From: an uncultured Clostridia bacterium
Lineage (GTDB): Bacteria; Bacillota; Clostridia; TANB77; CAG-508
NCBI GenBank assembly: GCA_963558405.1
Contig: CAUWGC010000006.1
Location: forward strand, 1-64,000
DNA length: 64,000 nucleotides
Direction: 5' to 3'
In this document: in pieces, positions 50,823 through 61,142 of the stretch
Layout of the letters: each line of letters starts with the position of its first letter
How positions within the stretch are numbered: the first letter of the stretch is position 1
Notes under the pieces: generated by a model
Told to the model about the DNA's origin: nothing
The model's input: the letters and a program-made list of their open reading frames with translations, nothing else
The model's database searches: none
Translations under genes and position numbers: made by a program

Positions 50823-53432
50823 TTATACTTCTCTTCCGTAATAAGAATCTAATAATATTTGTTTTAATTCACTAACTAATGGAAGTCTTGGATTTGCTGT
50901 AGTACATTGGTCTTCAAAAGCTCTATCTGCTAAAATATCTACTTTTGCTAAAAACTCATCTTCGGAAATACCAGCATCTTTAAAGCTTTTTGGTATTTGT
51001 AATTTTTCGTTTAGTTCTTGTACTTTAGCAATTAAAGAATTTACACCTTCTTCTACAGTATCTGCTTTTAATCCATTTCTTTTTGCTAAATTAGCATATT
51101 TTTCATCTGCAATAAAATATTCATATTTAGGAAAAGATACAAATTTACTTGGTTTACTTGCATTGTATCTTATAACATATGGTAAAAGTATTGCATTAAG
51201 TCTTCCGTGTGGCAAATGGAATTCTGCTCCCATTTTATGTGCAAGTGAATGGTTAATTCCTAAAAATGCATTTGTAAAAGACATTCCAGCTATTGTACTA
51301 GCATTATGCATTTTTTCTCTTGCTAATTTATTTGTTCCATCTTCATATGCTGTTACTAAATAATTAAATACAAGCTCAACTGCTTTTTCTGATAACCCAT
51401 CTGTATAATCTGATGCCATATTAGAAACATAAGCTTCTATAGCATGTGTTAGTACATCCATTCCAGTATCTGCTGTAATTCCTTTTGGAAGTGACATTAC
51501 TAAATCTGGATCCACAATTGCTACATCTGGTGTTAATTCATAATCAGCTAATGGATATTTTTTGTTATTCTCTTTATCAGAAATAACAGCAAATGATGTT
51601 ACCTCTGAACCTGTTCCAGAAGTAGTTGGAATAGCTACCATTTTAGCTTTTTCACCTAGTGTTGGAAACTTATATGTTCTTTTTCTAATATCCATAAATT
51701 TTAATTTTAAACCTTCAATATCAGCATCTGGATGCTCATAAAATAGCCACATTCCCTTTGCAGCATCAATTGCAGAACCACCACCAATTGCAATTATTAC
51801 ATCAGGTTTAAAATTATTTATTCTTTCTAATCCTCTTTTTATTGTTGTAAAAGAAGGATCTGATTCTACATCTGAAAATATTTCAGAATGTACATACTCT
51901 GCTCTTTTTCTTAAATGATATAAAATTTTATCTACATATCCTAGTTTTACCATTCCTGGATCTGTTACAATAAACGCCCTTGTAATATTTGGCATTTTTT
52001 CTAAATAACTAATAGAACCTGCTTCAAAATATATTTTTTCTGGTACTTTAAACCATTGCATATTAACTCTCCTTTTTGCTACTCTTTTTATATTAATTAA
52101 ATTAACACTAGATACATTTGCTGTTGTTGAATTTCCACCAAATGATCCACAACCTAATGTTAATGATGGCATATTAGTATTATATATATCACCAATTGCA
52201 CCATGAGTAGATGGAGAATTTACAATTATTCTTCCTGCTTTTAATTTTTCAGAAAATTTTAAAATAACATCTTCGTTTTCAGAATGAATTACTGCTGAAT
52301 GACCAAGTCCACCATATTCAATTAATTTTTCTGCTAAATTAATTCCTTCATCGCTATTTTTTACTTTGTAATAAGTAAGAACAGGACTTAATTTTTCTTT
52401 TGAAAAAGGATGCCCTTCTCCTACTTCTGTTTCAGGCACTACAATAACTTTTATATCTTCTGGAATATCAAATCCAGCCTCTTTTGCTATATTATATGGA
52501 CTCTGCCCTGGTATGTGAGATTTTAACTTATCTCCCTTTTCTTTATCAAACATCGAATCCTGTAGTTTAGCTTTTTCTTCCTCATTTACAAAATAACAAC
52601 CACAGTTTTTCATTAATTTTTCAAATTCGTTTGCAATTTCCTCTTCAACAATAACTGCTTGTTCTGATGCACAAATCATTCCATTATCAAAAGATTTAGA
52701 AAGAACTAAATCATTTACAGATGTTTTTAATTTTGCACTTTTATCTATAAAACAAGGAACATTTCCAGGACCAACTCCTAAAGCTGGCTTTCCACAAGAA
52801 TATGCAGCCTTTACCATACCAGTTCCACCTGTTGCTAAAATTAAATTAACATCAGGATGATTCATTAACATATTTGTAGCTAAAATACTTGGCTTATCAA
52901 CCCATAAAATACAATCCTTTGGAGCACCAGCTTTAACTGCTGCATCCCTTAGAATTCTAGCAGCTTCACTACTACATTTTTGCGCAGCTGGATGAAATCC
53001 AAATACAATTACATTTCTAGTTTTAGCTGCAATAATAGACTTAAACATAGTTGTAGAAGTTGGGTTTGTAACAGGAGTTACACCTGCAATAATACCAATA
53101 GGCTCAGCCACTTCCATATATCCTTCTTCTTCATTTTCCTCTATTACCCCAACTGTTTTATCATACTTTATACTATGATAAATATACTCAGTAGCAAACA
53201 TATTCTTAGTAATTTTATCCTCATAAACTCCACGACCAGTCTCTTCCACAGCCATTTTAGCAAGCTCCATATGATGTTCCAAACCAGCCATTGACATTTG
53301 CTTAACAATCTCATTTACTGTATCTTGATCTAATTTTAAATACTCCTCAGAAGCAACTTTAGCCCTTGCAATTAAATCATCAATCATAGCCTTTACTTCC
53401 GCCTCTTCTTGTGACGCTATATTATCCGCCAT
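50823..53432 (-). CDS. adhE: Bifunctional acetaldehyde-CoA/alcohol dehydrogenase
   Basis: ALDH half (PVTNPTST, FDNGMICASEQ) plus Fe-ADH half (GGGSAID, PTTSGTGSE); 869 aa. Confidence 0.97.
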   Translation of the reverse strand: MADNIASQEEAEVKAMIDDLIARAKVASEEYLKLDQDTVNEIVKQMSMAGLEHHMELAKMAVEETGRGVYEDKITKNMFATEYIYHSIKYDKTVGVIEENEEEGYMEVAEPIGIIAGVTPVTNPTSTTMFKSIIAAKTRNVIVFGFHPAAQKCSSEAARILRDAAVKAGAPKDCILWVDKPSILATNMLMNHPDVNLILATGGTGMVKAAYSCGKPALGVGPGNVPCFIDKSAKLKTSVNDLVLSKSFDNGMICASEQAVIVEEEIANEFEKLMKNCGCYFVNEEEKAKLQDSMFDKEKGDKLKSHIPGQSPYNIAKEAGFDIPEDIKVIVVPETEVGEGHPFSKEKLSPVLTYYKVKNSDEGINLAEKLIEYGGLGHSAVIHSENEDVILKFSEKLKAGRIIVNSPSTHGAIGDIYNTNMPSLTLGCGSFGGNSTTANVSSVNLINIKRVAKRRVNMQWFKVPEKIYFEAGSISYLEKMPNITRAFIVTDPGMVKLGYVDKILYHLRKRAEYVHSEIFSDVESDPSFTTIKRGLERINNFKPDVIIAIGGGSAIDAAKGMWLFYEHPDADIEGLKLKFMDIRKRTYKFPTLGEKAKMVAIPTTSGTGSEVTSFAVISDKENNKKYPLADYELTPDVAIVDPDLVMSLPKGITADTGMDVLTHAIEAYVSNMASDYTDGLSEKAVELVFNYLVTAYEDGTNKLAREKMHNASTIAGMSFTNAFLGINHSLAHKMGAEFHLPHGRLNAILLPYVIRYNASKPSKFVSFPKYEYFIADEKYANLAKRNGLKADTVEEGVNSLIAKVQELNEKLQIPKSFKDAGISEDEFLAKVDILADRAFEDQCTTANPRLPLVSELKQILLDSYYGREV

Positions 53433-53604
53433 ATTTGTATTTCTCCTTTCATTTATTCAAATAGTGTTTTTAAACTATTATCTTTTGATATATTATTCCC
53501 ATAACATTATATCTTATGTCTCAATTTTGTCAAGGTTTTTAGTAAGATATGGAAACATGTGTGATTTATTAACCTTTTTTGCTATACAATTTTACGCGTT
53601 TTTA

Positions 53605-54636
53605 TTATTTTTCATCCTTCAAATATTTATCTAACATTTTATCCATACTAGAAATATATTCTGCATCTTGTTTTACTCTAAATTTTTCATATTCATTATT
53701 TGCTTTTTCAACTGCTTGTTTGTGTGATACTTTTCCTGCATCTTTTAAAATATTTTTCTTTCTATACTTTAATAAATCATCTGCAACTTCTATCCATTTA
53801 TTCATTGTAATAGTTTTTTGTTCTTTTGCTTCTGTTTCTGCTACATCTAAAAATAAGTTTGTTAAATCATTTAGTTTTTCAAGTTCTTCTTTTTGTAAAT
53901 AATTTTTAGCAATACTTACATCATATTTATAAATCAGTCCATCTGGTGAATTTTTCCATGAAGTTAATCCCATATTCTCTTTTTGTGAATCTACTCTCTC
54001 AAAAATCAATTCTGCCGCAGTTTTTCCTGTTATTGCATAATGTAATTTATTTTGTACAATTTTAAAAAAAGCATATGCTTCTTCTGAATCTTTATTATAA
54101 TCAATTGAAGTTGCTATAAATAAATCCATAATTTTTTGATAAGCCATTCTTTCACTTACTCTAATAGTTTTTATACGTTCTAATAATTCATCAAAATATC
54201 TAATATCAAATTTGTTACCTTCAATAAATCTTCTATCATTTAAAGCAAATCCTTTAATCATATATTCTTTAATAATTTTATTTGCCCATGTTCTAAATTT
54301 AATAGCTGTTTTTGAATTTACTCTAAATCCTATTGATATTATCATATCTAGATTGTAATACTTTGTTGTATATTTTTGCTTATTATTGTTTCCCATATGT
54401 GCAATTTTTGCACATGTGCTATCTTCCTCTAGCTCTTCATCTAAATAAATATTATTTATATGTCTTGTTATTCCTGTTCTATCTATTTTAAATAATTTAC
54501 TTAAAGAATCAATATTAAGCCAAACATTTTCATTTTGTAAGATGACTTCGACATTAACATCATTTTCTCCATCTGTATAAAATATGATATTATTTTCATT
54601 TCCAATTATATTATTATCAATTTTATTATTATTCAA
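53605..54636 (-). CDS. Virulence RhuM family protein
   Basis: YYNLDMIISIGFRVNS..AIKFRTWA, YFDELLERI..IR.SE and QNKLHYA motifs. Confidence 0.9.
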   Translation of the reverse strand: MNNNKIDNNIIGNENNIIFYTDGENDVNVEVILQNENVWLNIDSLSKLFKIDRTGITRHINNIYLDEELEEDSTCAKIAHMGNNNKQKYTTKYYNLDMIISIGFRVNSKTAIKFRTWANKIIKEYMIKGFALNDRRFIEGNKFDIRYFDELLERIKTIRVSERMAYQKIMDLFIATSIDYNKDSEEAYAFFKIVQNKLHYAITGKTAAELIFERVDSQKENMGLTSWKNSPDGLIYKYDVSIAKNYLQKEELEKLNDLTNLFLDVAETEAKEQKTITMNKWIEVADDLLKYRKKNILKDAGKVSHKQAVEKANNEYEKFRVKQDAEYISSMDKMLDKYLKDEK

Positions 54637-54916
54637 ATATAGTTCCTCCTATTTTATTGATATATATAATATATTAAATCTTTTCATTCAATCTATTATA
54701 GAGTATCAAACTTTTGTTCATCTGTCAATCACTATTTACTTATCAACTAGTTTGTTATTATCAAATTTACCTTATAAGCCCAGAAGGAAGATAAAATTTA
54801 TCTTCATTCTGGTCCAACCTCTAACTTATATTCAGCACTAAAGATATTTTTTACGCTTTCCCACTTTTCTTTTACTTCTATTTATTGTATAATATCTTAA
54901 GTTATATAAAGAAAGG

Positions 54917-57349
54917 ATGATTACATTGTCATATAATTTTAAAGAAATCGAGAAAAAGTGGCAAACTAAGTGGGAAAAAGAAGGTACTTTTAATGCTAAA
55001 GATGATTATACAAAGAAAAAATGGTATGGATTAGTTGAGTTTCCATATCCTTCTGGTCAAGGATTACATGTAGGTCATCCAAGAAGCTATACTGCTCTTG
55101 ATATTATTGCTAGAAAGAGAAGATTAGAAGGTTATAATGTATTATATCCTATTGGCTTTGATGCTTTTGGTCTTCCTGCAGAAAATTATGCTATTAAAAA
55201 TCATATTCACCCAAAAATAATTACAGAGCAAAATATTAATAATTTTAGAAGACAATTAAAATCTTTAGGTTTTTCTTTTGATTGGTCTCGTGAAATTAAT
55301 ACAACAGACCCTAACTATTATAAATGGACACAATGGATTTTTATCCAATTATTTAAACGTGGTCTTGCTTATAAAGCTACTATGAAAATTAATTACTGTA
55401 CAGGTTGTAAGGTTGGTTTAGCAAACGAAGAAGTAGTTAATGGCGTTTGTGAAAGATGTGGAAGCGAAGTTGTTCAAAAAGAAAAATCTGAATGGATGCT
55501 AAAAATTACAGAATATGCTGGTCGTTTAATTGATGATTTAGATGATGTAAATTTCTTAGATAAAATTAAAGCACAACAAAAAAATTGGATTGGAAAAAGT
55601 ACTGGTGCAGAAGTTACTTTTTGTATTGATGGAGAAAAAGAAAAACTTTTGGTATACACTACAAGACCAGATACTTTATTTGGTGCTACATATTTAGTAG
55701 TTGCTCCTGAACATCCTATGATAAAAAATCTAAGTGACAAAATAACAAACATGGATGAAATTTTAGAATATAAAGAAAAAGCTTCTCATAAATCCGATTT
55801 TGAAAGAACTGAACTTGTAAAAGAAAAAACTGGTGTAGAAGTTAAAGGAATAAAAGCAATTAATCCTCTTACTGGTGAAAAAATCCCAGTTTGGGCTTCT
55901 GATTATGTTTTATGGGGCTATGGTACAGGTGCTATTATGGCTGTTCCTGCACATGATACAAGAGATTGGGATTTTGCTAAAAAATTTGGATTACCTATTA
56001 AACAAGTTATTGTTCCTACAAAAGATGCAAAATCTACAGAATTAACAGAAGCATTTACTAACGTAGACGAGGGTGTTTTAATAAATTCTGATTTTCTAAA
56101 TGGACTTTCTGTAAAAGACGCAATTTCTACTGTTATATCTTACTTAGAAAAAAATAATATTGGAACAAAAAAAGTAAATTATAAACTTCGCGATTGGGTA
56201 TTTTCTAGACAACGTTATTGGGGAGAACCAATTCCAATGGTATATTGTGAAAAATGCGGATGGGTTCCTTTAGATGAAAAAGACCTACCTCTTACACTTC
56301 CTGATGTAAAAGACTTTGAACCAGGAGAAAATGGAGAATCTCCACTTGCAAAACAAACAGAATGGATTAATACAGTATGCCCTAAATGTCATGGAAAAGC
56401 TACAAGAGAAACAGATACAATGCCTCAGTGGGCTGGATCTTCTTGGTATTTCTTACGTTATATGGATCCACATAATGATAAAGAACTTGCATCTAAAGAA
56501 GCTCTTGATTACTGGGCTCCTGTGGATTGGTACAATGGTGGAATGGAACATACAACACTTCACTTACTATATTCTCGTTTTTGGTATAAATTTCTTTATG
56601 ATATTGGTGTTGTTCCAACAAAAGAACCTTATTCAAAAAGAACATCTCATGGAATGATTTTAGGGTCTAATGGTGAAAAAATGTCTAAGTCAAAAGGAAA
56701 TGTAATTAATCCAGATGACATTGTAAACGAATTTGGTGCAGATACATTAAGAGTTTATGAAATGTTTATGGGACCATTTGACCAAACTGCTCCATGGTCT
56801 ATGGATAGTATTAGAGGTTGTTTTAAATTCTTAGAAAGAGTTTGGAACATGCAAGATATGCTTGTAGAAGGAAATACTTATTCTGCAGATTTTGAAAAAA
56901 TGATTCATAAAGCAATCAAGAAAATAAGTAATGATATAGAAGAAATGAAATATAACACATGTATTTCTACTTTTATGACAATGGTAAATGAATTTTATCG
57001 TTTAAAAAGAATTAATAAAAAAGAGTTTAGTACATTCTTAATTTTACTAAATCCATTTGCCCCACACATTACTGAGGAATTGTTTGAAATTTTAGGAAAT
57101 GAAAAACCTATTTCAGAACAAGATTGGCCTAAATATGATGAATCAAAAACAATTGATAATGAAATAGAAATGCCAATTCAAGTAAATGGAAAAGTAAGAA
57201 CAACTGTAAAACTTCCACTTGATTGTGATGAAAATATTGCCAAAGAATTAGTTCATGCAAATAATGTTATTTCTGCTAATTTGGAAGGTAAAACAATTGT
57301 AAAAGAAATTTATATAAAAAATAAAATTTACAATATTGTTGTTAAATAA
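54917..57349 (+). CDS. leuS: Leucine--tRNA ligase
   Basis: [13 protein letters not shown] (HIGH), KMSKS and editing domain YTTRPDT. Confidence 0.98.
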   Translation: MITLSYNFKEIEKKWQTKWEKEGTFNAKDDYTKKKWYGLVEFPYPSGQGLHVGHPRSYTALDIIARKRRLEGYNVLYPIGFDAFGLPAENYAIKNHIHPKIITEQNINNFRRQLKSLGFSFDWSREINTTDPNYYKWTQWIFIQLFKRGLAYKATMKINYCTGCKVGLANEEVVNGVCERCGSEVVQKEKSEWMLKITEYAGRLIDDLDDVNFLDKIKAQQKNWIGKSTGAEVTFCIDGEKEKLLVYTTRPDTLFGATYLVVAPEHPMIKNLSDKITNMDEILEYKEKASHKSDFERTELVKEKTGVEVKGIKAINPLTGEKIPVWASDYVLWGYGTGAIMAVPAHDTRDWDFAKKFGLPIKQVIVPTKDAKSTELTEAFTNVDEGVLINSDFLNGLSVKDAISTVISYLEKNNIGTKKVNYKLRDWVFSRQRYWGEPIPMVYCEKCGWVPLDEKDLPLTLPDVKDFEPGENGESPLAKQTEWINTVCPKCHGKATRETDTMPQWAGSSWYFLRYMDPHNDKELASKEALDYWAPVDWYNGGMEHTTLHLLYSRFWYKFLYDIGVVPTKEPYSKRTSHGMILGSNGEKMSKSKGNVINPDDIVNEFGADTLRVYEMFMGPFDQTAPWSMDSIRGCFKFLERVWNMQDMLVEGNTYSADFEKMIHKAIKKISNDIEEMKYNTCISTFMTMVNEFYRLKRINKKEFSTFLILLNPFAPHITEELFEILGNEKPISEQDWPKYDESKTIDNEIEMPIQVNGKVRTTVKLPLDCDENIAKELVHANNVISANLEGKTIVKEIYIKNKIYNIVVK

Positions 57350-57480
57350 TAAATTATATGTATAAAAGCACATTTTCTTAGAATATGTGCTTTTTATTTT
57401 AAAAAAAGAGTATTGGCAATATAAACTGCCAATACTCTAGAATTACAAAATATTATTAAGTAATTCTTTTTCCAAATAAT

Positions 57481-58887
57481 TTAGGCCTTACTTGGAAAGC
57501 TTTTTTCAATCCCCCACGGTCCAATACGAAATACCACATCTCTACTTAGTATTTCTACATGTTTAGCAATTCCATTCATTTTGATTGCTTCTTGTAAAGT
57601 TTCTTTTTTCTCTTGACTTCCATGATTTAGAAGCACAGCTCTAATGTTATTGAACTGTTTTAAATAACTTATCAGTTCATCTTGTTTGGCATGTTTTGAG
57701 AATTCTGATGTAAAACAAACTTTTGCTCTTTTAACAACATATTCTCTGCCAAATATATTGTTGATAACACTATCATCATCAGATTCAATGATTCTCCTAC
57801 CATTTGTATCTTTTACAAGATATCCTGTAAAATGTATCATAGCATCTTTTCTTTCAAGCAAATTAGGAAGATAAAACTGTGCTGGACCATGACTTCCCAT
57901 TCCTGAACTAGATATTATGATTTTAGGTCCTTTTGAATTAACCAAATTATACCTTTCTGTCTGACTTTCTACATACCCCAAACGATACGGTAGAAATTCT
58001 CTTTTAGTAACATCAATTCCAATAGTATTATTAAAATACTCCGAATTGTACTTAAACGAAAGTACTCCATCTTGTCTTACCTCTACTCCTCTCAAACTTG
58101 GTACTTCATCTTGGATTTTCCGGATAGTATATAACACTTCCTGTGTTCTACCAAGTGAAAATGCTGGACAAAACACAACTTTTTCTTCTCTTATTGCTCT
58201 TAATAAGTTTTCTTTAAAACAATAATTTATATCTTGTGTTGTTTCACCTCCATATGTTGATTCCAAGATAACCGTCAAAGGCAATTGTTTTACCCATTCT
58301 GGGATTTCAGGTACTTTAAAGAACATATTGGTTGGATGATAATCTCCAGAATATAAAAGATTTATGCTATCATTAGACATTGGATTTTGGATTTGCACTA
58401 ATATGCTTGCCGCACCTGGGAGATGTCCATTTCCTAACATTGTGATAGTGATGTTTTTGCTTACTTTGGTAGGAATATTATACTGAATTCCAATTGTTTT
58501 GTTTAGAATTCTTTCAACATCCTCCCTGGTATAAAACATTTCACCCTTTGAATTGATTCTGTAATTATCTTGCAATGCATAAGGTAGCAATACCTTTGTC
58601 GCTTCAGTTGCATAACATTTACCATTAAACCCCTGGTAAGAAAGCATTGGTAATCTACCAATATGGTCTAAATGGTTGTGAGTTATTAACACAAAACCAA
58701 TATTCTCAGGCTTGAAAGGAAAAGAAGTATTATATTCTCTGCTATGTTCTTCACCCTGAAAAGAACCACAGTCCACCAAAAAAGTGGTATCTTCCTTATT
58801 TGGAAAAACAGCCTTATTGTGATGACCTGACCCAGTTACTTCGCTATGCGTATCTTGTAAATACACAAAGAACCGCCTAGATTCCAT
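57481..58887 (-). CDS. MBL-fold beta-CASP nuclease (RNA-metabolising metallo-beta-lactamase)
   Basis: VTGS, LVDCG, THNHLDHIG, GHLPG, YSGD, ESTYG and SLGRTQE motifs; two in-frame CGG codons. Confidence 0.88.
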   Translation of the reverse strand: MESRRFFVYLQDTHSEVTGSGHHNKAVFPNKEDTTFLVDCGSFQGEEHSREYNTSFPFKPENIGFVLITHNHLDHIGRLPMLSYQGFNGKCYATEATKVLLPYALQDNYRINSKGEMFYTREDVERILNKTIGIQYNIPTKVSKNITITMLGNGHLPGAASILVQIQNPMSNDSINLLYSGDYHPTNMFFKVPEIPEWVKQLPLTVILESTYGGETTQDINYCFKENLLRAIREEKVVFCPAFSLGRTQEVLYTIRKIQDEVPSLRGVEVRQDGVLSFKYNSEYFNNTIGIDVTKREFLPYRLGYVESQTERYNLVNSKGPKIIISSSGMGSHGPAQFYLPNLLERKDAMIHFTGYLVKDTNGRRIIESDDDSVINNIFGREYVVKRAKVCFTSEFSKHAKQDELISYLKQFNNIRAVLLNHGSQEKKETLQEAIKMNGIAKHVEILSRDVVFRIGPWGIEKSFPSKA

Positions 58888-59098
58888 AAAAGAACCTCCT
58901 TTAGAATTGAAATATAAGCAAAAAAGCTTATGTATATATATTGTATCACATTCTTTTTATAATTACCATGACTTATTGTTCAATTTATTGAATTTTGTAA
59001 TATTTTTGTAATATTTTTTTAATATTTATGTCATACATTTTTTTATTTTATATAGTATAATAGATGTGTAAAATTGTAATTTACTAAGGAGAAAAATT

Positions 59099-60193
59099 AT
59101 GAGCATAGAAACAGATTTAAGAAAAGATGGTATAGAAGTTCTTCAAAAGTTAGATACTCTTCATATAAATTCTATTGCAAAAAATGTTTCAGAAAGTTTA
59201 GTTAACGGACTTCCTGAGCTTAATTTAAATTACAATGAATTATTTATGAAATTATCTCGCTTAGATATGTACCTTGCTAAAATTCCAAATGGAATGGCAG
59301 AAGCTAATTATTGTTATGTAAATTCATCTATTTACTTTAATCATATGGCCGATTTTACAAAAGTAAGTACTTTTGCAGTACATGAGTGTATTCATTATTT
59401 GCAAGAAGTACGAGATAATAAAAATAATTTAACTAAACTTGGATTATATGATTTTTCAACTGGTATGGCTTTAAATGAATCAGCTGTTCAGTTAATGACT
59501 TCAAAAGCTATAAGTGAACCAGAAGATGAGGTAAAATATTATGATATTACTTTAAAAACTACAAGTCCTAATTACTATCCTTTACTTTGCAATTTGGTAA
59601 AGCAAATGACATATGTAACTGGTGATTATTCTTTATATACAAGTACTTTTTATGGTACAAATTCTTTTAAAGAAAAATTTTGTAGTCTTTGTGGTGAGAA
59701 AAATTATTATCGTATTTTAAAAAATTTAGATAAATTATTATATGTAGAAGAAGAAATTATTGAACTAACAAACAAGTTACAAAGTATGGAATTAAAATCT
59801 AATTCAAACCAAAAAATTATGGCTAAAATAGAAAAAAACAAAAAATATATTAGAAATCTTTACTTTTCTATTCAAAACCTAATATTAGTTTCTTACTTTG
59901 ATAATTTATATAAACAACTTTATACTTTAGAAGATATCGAAAGTTACCGTTCTAGACTATATCATTATAAAGATTATATTGGTACAACTAATGATTATTT
60001 CTTTTTTAACGATTATTATTTATCTAAAATGGAAAAATTAGAGGCTAAAAAAGATGCTTTACAGGGAAGTGCTTCTACAACAGCACTTATATATATAAAA
60101 GAAAGTAAAATTTCTACATTTTGGCGTGCAATAAAAAATTTATTTACTAAGTCAACTTCTGCAATGGAATATAACAAAAAAAAGAGTAATTAA
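59099..60193 (+). CDS. Hypothetical protein with HExxH (possible zincin) motif
   Basis: AVHECIHYLQ followed by LNE; 364 aa ORF with SD. Confidence 0.6.
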   Translation: MSIETDLRKDGIEVLQKLDTLHINSIAKNVSESLVNGLPELNLNYNELFMKLSRLDMYLAKIPNGMAEANYCYVNSSIYFNHMADFTKVSTFAVHECIHYLQEVRDNKNNLTKLGLYDFSTGMALNESAVQLMTSKAISEPEDEVKYYDITLKTTSPNYYPLLCNLVKQMTYVTGDYSLYTSTFYGTNSFKEKFCSLCGEKNYYRILKNLDKLLYVEEEIIELTNKLQSMELKSNSNQKIMAKIEKNKKYIRNLYFSIQNLILVSYFDNLYKQLYTLEDIESYRSRLYHYKDYIGTTNDYFFFNDYYLSKMEKLEAKKDALQGSASTTALIYIKESKISTFWRAIKNLFTKSTSAMEYNKKKSN

Positions 60194-60204
60194 TTACTCT
60201 TTTT

Positions 60205-61122
60205 TTATTGTAATATTTCTGATAATAAATCCATATATCCTTCTTTTCCTAAATAAACATTTTCTTTTGTAAAATAATATAAAATAAAATCATGTACTGC
60301 TCCTTCGTATTCTTTTACTTGTATTTGTTTTCCTGCATCTTTTAATTTATTTTCCAAAATTTTAACATCTGGATTTAATATATCATATGTTCCTGTAAAA
60401 ATAACAATTGGACATAAATTTTCCATTGGACCATATAATGGATTAGCTAAATATTCTTTGGAATTATCTTTTACATTTCTATATTGTTCTCCTGCTATTT
60501 TTAATGAAGGCTCAAAAAGCATTTGATCTTTTTTTTGCACTTTTGATATTTCTGGATTTTGCATAGTTGTATCTAACCAAGGTGAAATTAAAATTAGCTT
60601 ATCTGGCATCCTAATTTGTTGTTCTCCCATTTCTTGCATCAAAGCTAATGCTAATCCCCCTCCTGCTGAATCTCCCATTACAATAAATTTTTCAGTTTTT
60701 ATATTTTTTATTACTTCTTTATAAAATGGTTCCATCATATCAAATACATCTTTATAATTATATTTTGGAGTTAATGGATAATCTGGTACAATTAAGGTTA
60801 TATTTGTATCATTTAATAAATTTTCAAAGAAAGTCCAATGTTCTTTTTGAAGTTCTGCCATATATGAACCACCATGAATATATATAATTGTAGTATCGGT
60901 TTGGCTTTCTTTATCTTTTTTTATTGTAAATATTTTCCTTCCTTCTATTTTTTGAGTGTTCACATAGTATTTTTGTTCAAACCATTTAGGAACTTTTGAA
61001 ACTACATCTCCATTAAAAAGATAAAATGTAAGTATTACTACAGATACACATATAGATATAAAAAGTACCATTAAAATTCTAAACCATATTTTCTCATGTA
61101 ATTTTTTCTTTTCTTTTTCCAT
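60205..61122 (-). CDS. Alpha/beta hydrolase (HSL-family esterase) with N-terminal TM
   Basis: HGGSY, GDSAGG, catalytic D (GTYDIL) and H (GAVHDF). Confidence 0.9.
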   Translation of the reverse strand: MEKEKKKLHEKIWFRILMVLFISICVSVVILTFYLFNGDVVSKVPKWFEQKYYVNTQKIEGRKIFTIKKDKESQTDTTIIYIHGGSYMAELQKEHWTFFENLLNDTNITLIVPDYPLTPKYNYKDVFDMMEPFYKEVIKNIKTEKFIVMGDSAGGGLALALMQEMGEQQIRMPDKLILISPWLDTTMQNPEISKVQKKDQMLFEPSLKIAGEQYRNVKDNSKEYLANPLYGPMENLCPIVIFTGTYDILNPDVKILENKLKDAGKQIQVKEYEGAVHDFILYYFTKENVYLGKEGYMDLLSEILQ

Positions 61123-61142
61123 TTTTTATTCCTTCTTTTATT

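Noticed and set aside
53440-53580. Rex operator upstream of adhE
   Set aside because: Only partial, mis-spaced matches to the Rex palindrome
54640-54916. T-box riboswitch upstream of leuS
   Set aside because: No T-box antiterminator consensus seen, and a TATAAT lies just upstream of the SD, leaving no long leader
3675-57874. Many short antisense or overlapping ORFs in the track (e.g. 16240..16908, 46853..47431, 56316..56657)
   Set aside because: Shadow frames of well-supported genes, with no SD or recognisable motifs
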